A DNA stretch of 32,000 nucleotides, from the sequence record OQ938587.1; one strand, written 5' to 3'. A model generated the notes under the pieces. It was not told the origin of the DNA, made no database searches, and saw nothing but the letters and a program-made list of their open reading frames with translations. A program made the translations under genes and the position numbers. Shown here in pieces: positions 17,201-26,108 of the stretch (positions are counted from its first letter, which is position 1; each line of letters opens with the position of its first letter). The stretch comes from Gordonia phage Sapo.

Positions 17201-18603
17201 AGGAGCTCCTTGAACCTGGCGGCAGACAACGTCCGGGTCTGGGCGTCGACCTTCGAGTCTACTAGCTCTCGCTTGTTCTCGTCGAGGCAGCGCGCACCGT
17301 TGCGGCGAGTGCTCACGTACTCGCGCACCAGGCAGGGTCGCTCCTGCCCGAGCCGGTGGATCCGGCGTTTGACCTGCTGGTTCCGAGACGGCTTGTACGA
17401 GGTCTCCAGCTGCACCAACAGGTCGGCCGCAGTGAGGGTCAGTCCCTCGGCCACGGTGTCCAGCGACCCACACAACACCTGGTAACGGCCTTCCTGGAAG
17501 CCTTCAACCGCGTCCCGACGTTCTCGGGGGTTCGACCCCCCGTGCACCACTGCTGTGGTTTTCCCGAGGCTCCGAGACACCAGAGCGGCCGCCTCTACGG
17601 TGAGTCGGTAGTGCCCCGCGACCAGGGTCGGGCGGTAGCGCTGCTCCAGGTCCTCCCGGAGCTGGTCGAACTTGTTGGAGTCCGCGACGTCCGGACGGCC
17701 GGTGAGCAGGCCCAAGCCAGTGGTGAGTTTGTCCAGGTACGAGTTCTTCGCGGAGTCGGACCAGGCGACTACCTCCTCGTCCCCGACCGTGGCAAAGTAG
17801 TCCTTCTTGAGCGAGGCGTACTCGCGGTCTTGTTTGGGCGTGAAGGGAAGCTTCACCTCCTGGACCGTCAAGGGCGGCAGGTCGGTCAGGACGTCGTCGC
17901 GCAGCCGCTGCAGGAACTTGTCGCCGAAGTTCTCGCGGGCGAACTCCAGGTAGTGCTCGCAGGGGTCCAGCGGCGAGCGCTCGCCACAGGCCGGGGTGCA
18001 GCCGCGCAGACCCAGCACGTCGTAGGCGTAGTCACCGCCGAACTTCGAGGGCCGGGTCTTGAACCACTGGTCGGTCCAACGCCAGCGCGAGCCGAACTCT
18101 CCGCCCGGTTTGCCCTCCTCGGGGTAGAGCAGCCGCAGCGGAACCAGTAGCTCGTGGGGCCAGTTTGGGACGGGCGTACCGGAAGCGAGGAAGACCTGGT
18201 CGGCCTGCTTCGCGAGCTTGGCCACGGCCTTGGTCCGAAACGCCTTCTCGTTCTTCACGTAGTGGGCCTCGTCCAGGACCAGGGTGTCCCAGTGCCGGTC
18301 CAGGTGCGGGTGCAGGTCCGAGGTCGGACGAGTGCCACCTTTGCCGGTCTTCTCCCGCAGGGTCAGGCCCGAGTAAGGCGCGAAGACGAAACCCTCGGGC
18401 TCTGCGGCCCAGCGTTCGACCTCGCGTTCCCAGTTGCCCGAGTCGACCAGGGTAGCCGGAGCCACCACGAGGGTGTTTCCACCGTCGGCCGCGCGCACCA
18501 GTTGGGCAGACTTACCTAACCCCATTTCGTCCCCGAGGTAAGCCCGTCCCTCGCGTTCGAGGAACTCGACACCCTCGTGCTGGTAAGGCCTCAGCTCGCT
18601 CAC
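17197..18603 (-). CDS. SNF2-family DEAD/DEAH helicase
   Basis: VSELRPYQHEGVEFL, GDEMGLGKSAQ (Walker A-like), LVLDEAHYVKN (DEAH), and QVKRRIHRLGQERP (motif VI). GTG start at 18603 overlaps the purB stop. Confidence 0.85.
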   Translation of the reverse strand: MSELRPYQHEGVEFLEREGRAYLGDEMGLGKSAQLVRAADGGNTLVVAPATLVDSGNWEREVERWAAEPEGFVFAPYSGLTLREKTGKGGTRPTSDLHPHLDRHWDTLVLDEAHYVKNEKAFRTKAVAKLAKQADQVFLASGTPVPNWPHELLVPLRLLYPEEGKPGGEFGSRWRWTDQWFKTRPSKFGGDYAYDVLGLRGCTPACGERSPLDPCEHYLEFARENFGDKFLQRLRDDVLTDLPPLTVQEVKLPFTPKQDREYASLKKDYFATVGDEEVVAWSDSAKNSYLDKLTTGLGLLTGRPDVADSNKFDQLREDLEQRYRPTLVAGHYRLTVEAAALVSRSLGKTTAVVHGGSNPRERRDAVEGFQEGRYQVLCGSLDTVAEGLTLTAADLLVQLETSYKPSRNQQVKRRIHRLGQERPCLVREYVSTRRNGARCLDENKRELVDSKVDAQTRTLSAARFKELL

Positions 18604-19706
18604 TGGTTCCTCCGTTGGACGTCGCGGTAGACCACCTCGGGGTTCTCGCCCGCGACCAGTCGCCGGTTGAGCTCGTGGAACGGGGTCTCGTAGTCGTAGT
18701 AGGGCAACCACTTCTGCTCGTTCCAACCGGTAGAGAACTCGGCCTTGGCGAACAGCTGCGACAGGTAGAAGGTGGTGTGCAGCAGGTCTTGGAAGGCGGT
18801 TCGTTCGACCGAGGAGTTGGTCAGGTCGCGTTCCCACCACTGGGTGTGTGCGGTCTCCAGGACGGCCGACAGGTTCGAGCGAGCGACCCGCGCGAGTCCG
18901 CAGACCTGCTCGGCGGTAACCGGGTTGCGTTTGTGTGGGAGCGAAGAGCTCCCCTTCTGTTCGCCCTCGGCGAACGGCTCGTGGTGTTCGCCGACGACGG
19001 CCGACAAGCGGTGGTAGGTTGCCAGCTGTTCGTAGACTCCGACGAGCTGGACCAGCTGGAAGCAGAGCTCGGCCAGCCGGTGACGGTCAGCGGTCTGGGT
19101 CGAGTGGCCGTCCAAGCCGAGTCGGAGCCGGGTCGCGGCCGAGAGTGCCTGGTCGTGCGGCAAGAACTCCGAGAACTGGCCGACCGGACCGGACAGGTTG
19201 GCTCGCAGCGGGACTTGGCCCAGGCGGGTGTAGCTCTCGGTCAGGTCGCGGGCTGCGCGCCGGTAGAGCTCGTGGGCCGGTACCTGCTCCTGGGTAGACA
19301 CTCCGTGGGTTCGAGCTACGCGGTTCTTCAGGTCGACGTCGACCAGCTTCTGCACCGTGGCTTTCACGTAGTGCCCGAGCTCGTCGTAGAGCAGTCGCCA
19401 GGCGACCGCGTCGGCCGTGTCCTGCAGGTCCGAGCTGGTCAGGCCCAGGTAGACCTCGTGCGGCCGGGAGACCAGCGAGCGGACGACCTCGACGTAGGCC
19501 GCTGTCTCGTGCCGGGTGACCGTCTCGACCTCCTCCCAGGCCTCCGGGGCCACCCAGGTGTTCGCGAGTTCGAGGGAGGTCTCGCCGTAGTCCTGGGCGG
19601 CGGCGACGGCCGAGAGTACGCGCCGGTAGAGGACGTCCCGGCCTTGTCGGGCCTCGAAGAGGTTGGTCACTGAAACGTGCTGGTACTTGGGGTTCACACC
19701 GAACAC
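18600..19706 (-). CDS. purB: Adenylosuccinate lyase (PurB homologue)
   Basis: Family signatures GLTSSDLQDTADA, GEQKGSSSLPHKRNPVTAEQ and WWERDLTNSSVERT. First gene of the leftward operon. Exact start uncertain (GTG 19706 or downstream GTG 19697). Confidence 0.9.
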   Translation of the reverse strand: MFGVNPKYQHVSVTNLFEARQGRDVLYRRVLSAVAAAQDYGETSLELANTWVAPEAWEEVETVTRHETAAYVEVVRSLVSRPHEVYLGLTSSDLQDTADAVAWRLLYDELGHYVKATVQKLVDVDLKNRVARTHGVSTQEQVPAHELYRRAARDLTESYTRLGQVPLRANLSGPVGQFSEFLPHDQALSAATRLRLGLDGHSTQTADRHRLAELCFQLVQLVGVYEQLATYHRLSAVVGEHHEPFAEGEQKGSSSLPHKRNPVTAEQVCGLARVARSNLSAVLETAHTQWWERDLTNSSVERTAFQDLLHTTFYLSQLFAKAEFSTGWNEQKWLPYYDYETPFHELNRRLVAGENPEVVYRDVQRRNQ

Positions 19707-19735
19707 CCTACCACAGGCTAGTCTAGGGGACGCAA
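19705..19735 (-). promoter_or_regulatory. Leftward promoter candidate for purB operon
   Basis: Minus strand TTGCGT (19735-19730), 19 bp spacer ending GTGG, TAGGGT (19710-19705). Confidence 0.45.
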
Positions 19736-19778
19736 GACTGCGGTTCCCGTGTACGTCTGGACGTCACAGTGTACACGC

Positions 19779-19868
19779 TGTGAACGTTCTGTGAACACCC
19801 CCCTCGGAGTGCTCCGTCGCAGGTCAGAGGGGGTGCGAGGGTCTTCTGTGAACACTGTGAACGTTCAC
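19779..19868 (+). repeat. Left array of TGTGAAC iterons
   Basis: TGTGAAC at 19779, 19790, 19847 and 19856; the last sits in the 12-bp palindrome GTGAACGTTCAC (19857-19868). Confidence 0.85.
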
Positions 19869-20102
19869 GCCGGGGCGAGAGGGTCGTAGTGCGTGTGTGC
19901 GTGGGCGTGCGCTCGTGTGCGTGTGCGGGCGCGCCCGGACGCGTCCGTACGGGTGCGCACGCTCGCGCGTTTTAACTCTCTCTCTTCTCTCTTCTTCTTG
20001 TCCACGAGAGAAGTTAAGAGAAAAGACCGCGTCCGGACGCGTCCGCACGCTCGCGCGAGTACGCGTACGCGCGCGTTCCGGTGTGTGTCGGTCCGGAGAG
20101 GT

Positions 20103-20196
20103 GTTCACAGTGTTCACAGAGTTCTTCCGTCCCAGGTCAGAGGGGGTAAGAGGGGGGTTCACAGGGGTGTTCACAGGGTGTTCACACGTGAACGTT
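20103..20196 (-). repeat. Right array of iterons in inverted orientation (GTTCACA)
   Basis: GTTCACA at 20103, 20112, 20157, 20169 and 20180, plus GTGAACGTT at 20188. Confidence 0.85.
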
Positions 20197-20275
20197 TTGA
20201 ACCGTAGGCTGGTCTCGGCAGCTACGCTACGGTAGACTGGAGGACGCTAGAGGTCCTACTACGAAGGAGACAAAG

Positions 20276-20542
20276 GTGGGAGCCACCTGGACAGAGAAGA
20301 ACCCGACACCGACGGCGCGGACGCCGGAAGAGGTGTCGGAGCTGCTGGCGGAGCTGGAGGCCAACCCCGGCAAGTGGGCGGTCTACTCCGAGCACAAGAC
20401 GCGAGGAGCGGCCCGCCAGCGGGTGCACGCGCTGAAGTCCAGCCGCGTATACGAGGGCAAGCCGCTGTCCTGGTCGACCAAGCGGACCGAACCGGGCAAC
20501 ACCCAAGCTCCGGTCCAGGTTTTGGTCTGCTGGAACGCGTAA
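20276..20542 (+). CDS. Hypothetical early protein (88 aa)
   Basis: SD AAGGAGA upstream of GTG; first gene of the rightward operon. Confidence 0.7.
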   Translation: MGATWTEKNPTPTARTPEEVSELLAELEANPGKWAVYSEHKTRGAARQRVHALKSSRVYEGKPLSWSTKRTEPGNTQAPVQVLVCWNA

Positions 20543-20572
20543 CCCCCTAGCCTAGGAAGAGAGCCAGACCCA

Positions 20573-20828
20573 GTGAAGAAAGAGTACCGGACCGCTGGTC
20601 CGACTTCGCCCGGTGCCTACCCGGTCGTCGACGTCCTGTTCGAGCAGGGCACCGGAGGCAACCTGCACCAGCAGCTGAACCAACTGTACCTGCGGCAGGA
20701 GGGCAAGCTGTTGTACTTCTGCCCGACCGACCCCGACCGCGCCCCGACCGAGTGGGCGCTCAACGTCGACCGGCTGGTCAGCTTCGAGTACCGCTGGACT
20801 GCAGTCCTGGAGGAACAGGACTTCGAGC

Positions 20829-20836
<8 letters not shown>
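20573..20836 (+). CDS. Hypothetical protein (87 aa) upstream of polymerase
   Basis: ORF overlapping the polymerase start; purine-rich leader. Confidence 0.65.
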
Positions 20837-22771
<1,935 letters not shown>

Positions 22772-22772
<1 letters not shown>

Positions 22773-23056
22773 TGGCTGGAGACTGGTTCGTCCTGGACCC
22801 CGAGGTTCTGTACACCTTCGACGTCGCTTACGACGAGGAGTTCCAGTACCTCGACGGGCGCAGGTTGACCACGCGGTCGGACGTTCTGCTCACGGTCACA
22901 GTAGACCTTGGTACCGAGGGTTCGGCCAAAGAGACGCTGCGCTGTAGGGAGTTCGCCAGCCTCGACGGCAAGCTCTACGTAAAGCCCACCCGGCGACCGC
23001 TGTTGGTTTGTTGGGACGGTTCCGCAAGACCCAACCCGAAGGAGAAGGACGAGTGA
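22772..23056 (+). CDS. Hypothetical protein (94 aa)
   Basis: GTG start overlapping the pol TAG (VAGDWFVLDPEVLYTFDVAYDEEF...). Confidence 0.6.
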
Positions 23057-23844
23057 CCGTACGAGTAGTTTTGGCCCGAGGGACCAGCGAGTCCCAGGAC
23101 CGCTCCGAGAAGAACCTGCTCTGGCAGGTGGCGCGTTTGCTGCCTCACCACTGGGTCAAGTCGGAGCTGGCCTACCCAGCCAGTATCAGCTTTGCGAACC
23201 AGCAGCGCAACCTGTTCGGAGTCTCCGGTGACCGCAGCGTTCTACTCGGGGTCGAGGCCCTGCGGCGACTGGTGCAGCAGGCTCCGCCCGACGACCGCTT
23301 CGTCCTGCTGGGGTACAGCCTCGGCAGCCTCGTGGTCTGCAAGTTCGTCGAGTCGCTGGAGCCCGCGCTGCGGCACCGGGTGTTGGCGGTCGGCCAGGTC
23401 GCGAACCCGCTGCGCGCCGGTCACCTCTCGGCAGGTGGCGTTCCCAAGGCGGGCTGCGGTCTCGCGGGCGAGTTCGTGCCTCCCGCTTGGCTCTCCTCGA
23501 AGTGGCTGGAGGTCGCGCGGGCCGACGACCTGGTGACCTCCGCGAGCCGCTCCTCGCTGTTCCGGCCGTACGTCGAGGAGGTCCTGTCCTTCTCGGTGCG
23601 CGACCCCAGCGTTGCGGTTCAGAAGTGGTTCTGGGACACCCTGCTCGGCAAGAACCACTTCCCGCTGCAGGCGCTGTACGACGGCCGGTTCGAGACGGCT
23701 GTTCGTGAAGCGCGGGGTTACCCGGTCAACCACACCCTGGGCTACGGCCTGAAGGAGTGGCGCGAACCTTGGTCGAACACCAAGGTTTCCGGTACCGACT
23801 TCCTCGCGGGCGAGCTCGTGCGCCTGCTGCGCTCCTACCGCTAG
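23053..23844 (+). CDS. Lysin B-like serine esterase (cutinase / mycolylarabinogalactan esterase fold)
   Basis: VLLGYSLGSLVVCKFVE (GxSxG), N-terminal VVLARGTSES, and a GKNHFPLQALY/NHTLGYG region similar to LysB proteins. Confidence 0.65.
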   Translation: MTVRVVLARGTSESQDRSEKNLLWQVARLLPHHWVKSELAYPASISFANQQRNLFGVSGDRSVLLGVEALRRLVQQAPPDDRFVLLGYSLGSLVVCKFVESLEPALRHRVLAVGQVANPLRAGHLSAGGVPKAGCGLAGEFVPPAWLSSKWLEVARADDLVTSASRSSLFRPYVEEVLSFSVRDPSVAVQKWFWDTLLGKNHFPLQALYDGRFETAVREARGYPVNHTLGYGLKEWREPWSNTKVSGTDFLAGELVRLLRSYR

Positions 23845-23862
23845 CTGTTGACGTGACGTGGC

Positions 23863-23897
23863 GAGGGCCGGACTCCTGGGGTTGGAGTCCGGCCCTC
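23863..23897. terminator. Perfect hairpin downstream of LysB-like gene
   Basis: GAGGGCCGGACTC - CTGGGGTTG - GAGTCCGGCCCTC, a 13-bp perfect stem. Confidence 0.7.
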
Positions 23898-23905
23898 AAA
23901 AGTAC

Positions 23906-23935
23906 TTGTGGTAACTGGTAGTAACCTGGTAAACT
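23906..23935 (+). promoter_or_regulatory. Repeated early promoter, copy 1
   Basis: TTGTGG-N18-TAAACT, followed by AAAAGTTGTAAGAGAGACCGACCAAAGGAG. Confidence 0.8.
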
Positions 23936-23971
23936 AAAAGTTGTAAGAGAGACCGACCAAAGGAGAAACCA

Positions 23972-24109
23972 GTGAGCAACCTCGACAACCTGAAGTGGAA
24001 CTTCGAAGCCCTGCAGGACGACCACGGCTACGACGCCGAAGAGGCCCTGGAGGCCCTGGAGAACGAAGGCTACGACGTCGCCGCACTCCGCGCGGAGCTC
24101 GGGCTGTGA
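23972..24109 (+). CDS. Very small acidic protein (45 aa)
   Basis: VSNLDNLKWNFEALQDDHGYDAEEALEALENEGYDVAALRAELGL with SD AAAGGAG. Confidence 0.6.
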   Translation: MSNLDNLKWNFEALQDDHGYDAEEALEALENEGYDVAALRAELGL

Positions 24110-24318
24110 GCCGCGAGACCCGGTCCGGGCAGGACACCGAAGCCGCGTTCCGCGCTTGGGAGGAGGCCCGCGCCACGGCAGTGGCCACCGGCTCGGTCGG
24201 CTCAACCTACAACCTGCTGGACACGTTCGACGGCGAGGAGCTCACAGTGGTCACGGCGAGCTGGTACCGGCGCGACGAGTCGAGCCCTCACCGACACGCG
24301 GCAAAAGAACCTCGCTGA
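24106..24318 (+). CDS. Hypothetical protein (70 aa)
   Basis: GTGA overlap start at 24106: VSRETRSGQDTEAAFRAWEEARATAVATGS... Confidence 0.5.
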   Translation: MSRETRSGQDTEAAFRAWEEARATAVATGSVGSTYNLLDTFDGEELTVVTASWYRRDESSPHRHAAKEPR

Positions 24319-24323
24319 AGTAC

Positions 24324-24353
24324 TTGTGCTAAGGTGTAGTAACCTGGTAAACT
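24324..24353 (+). promoter_or_regulatory. Repeated early promoter, copy 2
   Basis: TTGTGC-N18-TAAACT plus conserved downstream AAAAGTTGTAAGAGAG. Confidence 0.8.
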
Positions 24354-24391
24354 AAAAGTTGTAAGAGAGAGCAACCAACAAAGGAGACACC

Positions 24392-24631
24392 ATGAACGCC
24401 AAGACCACCGCCCAGGCCGTCGCCCTCGTCGAGGCCGGTTTCGAGCTCCGCGCCGCGAACCGCGCCCTCCCGCAGGCCGAGCAGTACGGCGAGCTCTTCA
24501 CCGCACTGCAGAAGCAGGGCGCGAAGGTCCGTCGCTTCGAGCGCAAGCACAACGTGGTTCTCCCCGCTTGGGGTCAGTTCGAGACCGTCGAAGAGCTCCG
24601 CGCAGCCGTCACCGCTCGGGTCGCCGCGTGA
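24392..24631 (+). CDS. Hypothetical protein (79 aa)
   Basis: AAAGGAG SD and ATG start after promoter copy 2. Confidence 0.7.
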   Translation: MNAKTTAQAVALVEAGFELRAANRALPQAEQYGELFTALQKQGAKVRRFERKHNVVLPAWGQFETVEELRAAVTARVAA

Positions 24632-24759
24632 ACCCCCTAGTCGCCCTGGCCCTGCTGTTCCTGCTCTGGCTGGCCGTGGTCGCAGTCGCCGTGCAGGTGG
24701 CGGACTCGCCGCGTTGTCCGGCCCTCGTGGCTCGCGCGGTCCGGTGGTTCGAGTCGTGA
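24628..24759 (+). CDS. Small single-TM membrane protein (43 aa)
   Basis: VNPLVALALLFLLWLAVVAVAVQVADSPRC..., GTGA overlap with the previous gene. Confidence 0.5.
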   Translation: MNPLVALALLFLLWLAVVAVAVQVADSPRCPALVARAVRWFES

Positions 24760-24923
24760 CCGGCTTCCTGTTCGCGCTGCAGCTGGGCCGGACTCCGCTA
24801 GAGAACCGGCTCTGGGTCCTCGCGCCGAACGGAGACGTCCTGCTGTTCTTCCTCGGTTGGAACAAGCACGAGGACTGCGGCAAGCGTCACGTCTTCTGCA
24901 CTCTGGTTCGTGCGGTCAGGTAA
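24756..24923 (+). CDS. Hypothetical protein (55 aa)
   Basis: GTGA overlap; VTGFLFALQLGRTPLENRLWVLAPNGDVLLFFLGWNKHEDCGKRHVF... Confidence 0.5.
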   Translation: MTGFLFALQLGRTPLENRLWVLAPNGDVLLFFLGWNKHEDCGKRHVFCTLVRAVR

Positions 24924-24924
24924 C

Positions 24925-24954
24925 TTGCGGTAAGGTGGGTTAACCTGGTAAACT
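24925..24954 (+). promoter_or_regulatory. Repeated early promoter, copy 3
   Basis: TTGCGG-N18-TAAACT plus AAAAGTTGCAAGAGAGACCGACCAAGGAG. Confidence 0.8.
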
Positions 24955-24989
24955 AAAAGTTGCAAGAGAGACCGACCAAGGAGGCAGAA

Positions 24990-25199
24990 GTGGAAACCGA
25001 GACCTGGGACCCCCGACTCGTCAGCGAAGGCGACGTGGTCGCGTGGGGCGACGACTACCGCGTCGTCACCGAGGTGACCTGGTTCGAGGTCAACCGAGTC
25101 GGCCGCGTCTACCGCTTCCAGACCCGCACCCTCGAAGGCTTCCCGGCCGACCGCCTGGACGTCCGCGCCGGAGCTCAGGTCGAGGTCGTCGTCGGGTAA
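24990..25199 (+). CDS. Hypothetical protein (69 aa)
   Basis: GTG start after AAGGAGG; VETETWDPRLVSEGDVVAWGDDYRVVTEVTW... Confidence 0.65.
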   Translation: METETWDPRLVSEGDVVAWGDDYRVVTEVTWFEVNRVGRVYRFQTRTLEGFPADRLDVRAGAQVEVVVG

Positions 25200-25200
25200 C

Positions 25201-25230
25201 TTGCGCAAACCGCAGGTAACCTGGTAAACT
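25201..25230 (+). promoter_or_regulatory. Repeated early promoter, copy 4
   Basis: TTGCGC-N18-TAAACT, spacer ending GGTAACCTGG as in the other copies. Confidence 0.8.
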
Positions 25231-25267
25231 AAAAGTCAACAGCAAGAACACCAACAGAGGAGACACC

Positions 25268-25975
25268 GTGAACACCACCGCCACCACCGCCCCGACCGTC
25301 GAGCTCACCGACCTGCAGCGTCTCGCGCTGGAGCTGCTGGCCTACAACAAGCCGCTCCCGGCGAAGGTCACCAAGCGCACGCTGAACTCGCTGGTCAAGA
25401 AGGGCTGGGCTACGGTCGACGAGGCCGAGCTGTACTGGGTCACCGCAGCCGGACGCGAGGCAGTGGGCGTGACCGAGGCCCAGGCCGAGAAGCCCAAGCG
25501 CGAGAAGGCCAGCCGCGCTCGCCGTTGCGTCGACTGCGACGTCCTGCTCACCAGCAAGACCCGGACCGGCGAGAGCGAGGACACCTGCTCGTACTGCTGG
25601 GCTGCGGCCGGGTTCGACAACGACCACGCAGACGGCCACGCGGAGAAGGGCGACCACAAGGCCGGTTGCCGCGAGTGCGACACCTACGACGCCTGCACCT
25701 ACTGGGACGAGTACACCCCGGTCAAGAAGCGCAAGCAGCCCAAGACCTGCTACTGCGGTTGCGAGGGTACCACGGGTGGCGGCAACTACCTGCCGGGTCA
25801 CGACGCCCGTCACGCGGGCCACCTGGCACGCCGGGTCGTCGAGGGCCGCGAGGACCTGGAGACCGCGCTGAACCAGCTGCCCTGGGACGCGGACAAGTTG
25901 GCCGCGAAGGTGCGCAAGTCGGTGGAACTCGGGCTGGCGAAGGCCGCAGCCAAGGCCGCGAAGAAGGCCAAGTAG
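25268..25975 (+). CDS. Winged-helix-like plus zinc-cluster protein (235 aa)
   Basis: N-terminal helical wH-like region; CVDCDVLL...CSYC, CRECDTYDACTY, and CYCGCEGTTGGGNYLPGHDARHAGH. Confidence 0.65.
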   Translation: MNTTATTAPTVELTDLQRLALELLAYNKPLPAKVTKRTLNSLVKKGWATVDEAELYWVTAAGREAVGVTEAQAEKPKREKASRARRCVDCDVLLTSKTRTGESEDTCSYCWAAAGFDNDHADGHAEKGDHKAGCRECDTYDACTYWDEYTPVKKRKQPKTCYCGCEGTTGGGNYLPGHDARHAGHLARRVVEGREDLETALNQLPWDADKLAAKVRKSVELGLAKAAAKAAKKAK

Positions 25976-25985
25976 CAGGTTCCAC

Positions 25986-26007
25986 GGGGAGGGCTCCGGC
26001 CCTCCCC
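25986..26007. terminator. Perfect hairpin after the 235 aa gene
   Basis: GGGGAGGGC-TCCG-GCCCTCCCC (9-bp stem, 4-nt loop). Confidence 0.75.
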
Positions 26008-26010
26008 CAA

Positions 26011-26081
26011 GGCCCCGTAGCGTAGGCGGCGACGCAAACCCGGACGCGGGTTAGACGCTGGTTCGAGTCCAGCCGGGGCCA
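26011..26081 (+). tRNA. tRNA-like sequence with atypical anticodon loop (isotype not assigned)
   Basis: Acceptor GGCCCCG/CGGGGCC, D-stem GCGT/ACGC, anticodon stem AACCC/GGGTT, T-arm GCTGG-TTCGAGT-CCAGC. The anticodon loop reads GGACGC (6 nt, no U33). No encoded CCA. Confidence 0.55.
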
Positions 26082-26108
26082 CGGCAACCCACCCACCTAG
26101 GAGGACCA

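Larger units (their letters stand above)
19736..20232. other. Origin-like / master regulatory region between divergent early operons
   Basis: About 500 bp without convincing coding capacity; TGTGAAC repeat arrays, duplicated CGGACGCGTCCG palindromes, alternating purine-pyrimidine tracts and a central pyrimidine-rich A/T-containing tract. Confidence 0.6.

Noticed and set aside
18615-19673. 352 aa plus-strand ORF antisense to purB
   Set aside because: purB on the other strand has diagnostic signatures; antisense product is not protein-like.
19779-20196. CRISPR array
   Set aside because: Repeats are short (7 bp), in two orientations with irregular short spacing; no CRISPR-like repeat/spacer unit and no cas operon. 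The Cas4-like gene is a phage recombination nuclease.
19824-20235. ORFs on both strands (116 aa minus, 104/112 aa plus) through the intergenic origin-like region
   Set aside because: Composition reflects GTGCGTGTG/ACGCGCG tracts and repeated TGTGAAC motifs, with no RBS; interpreted as non-coding.
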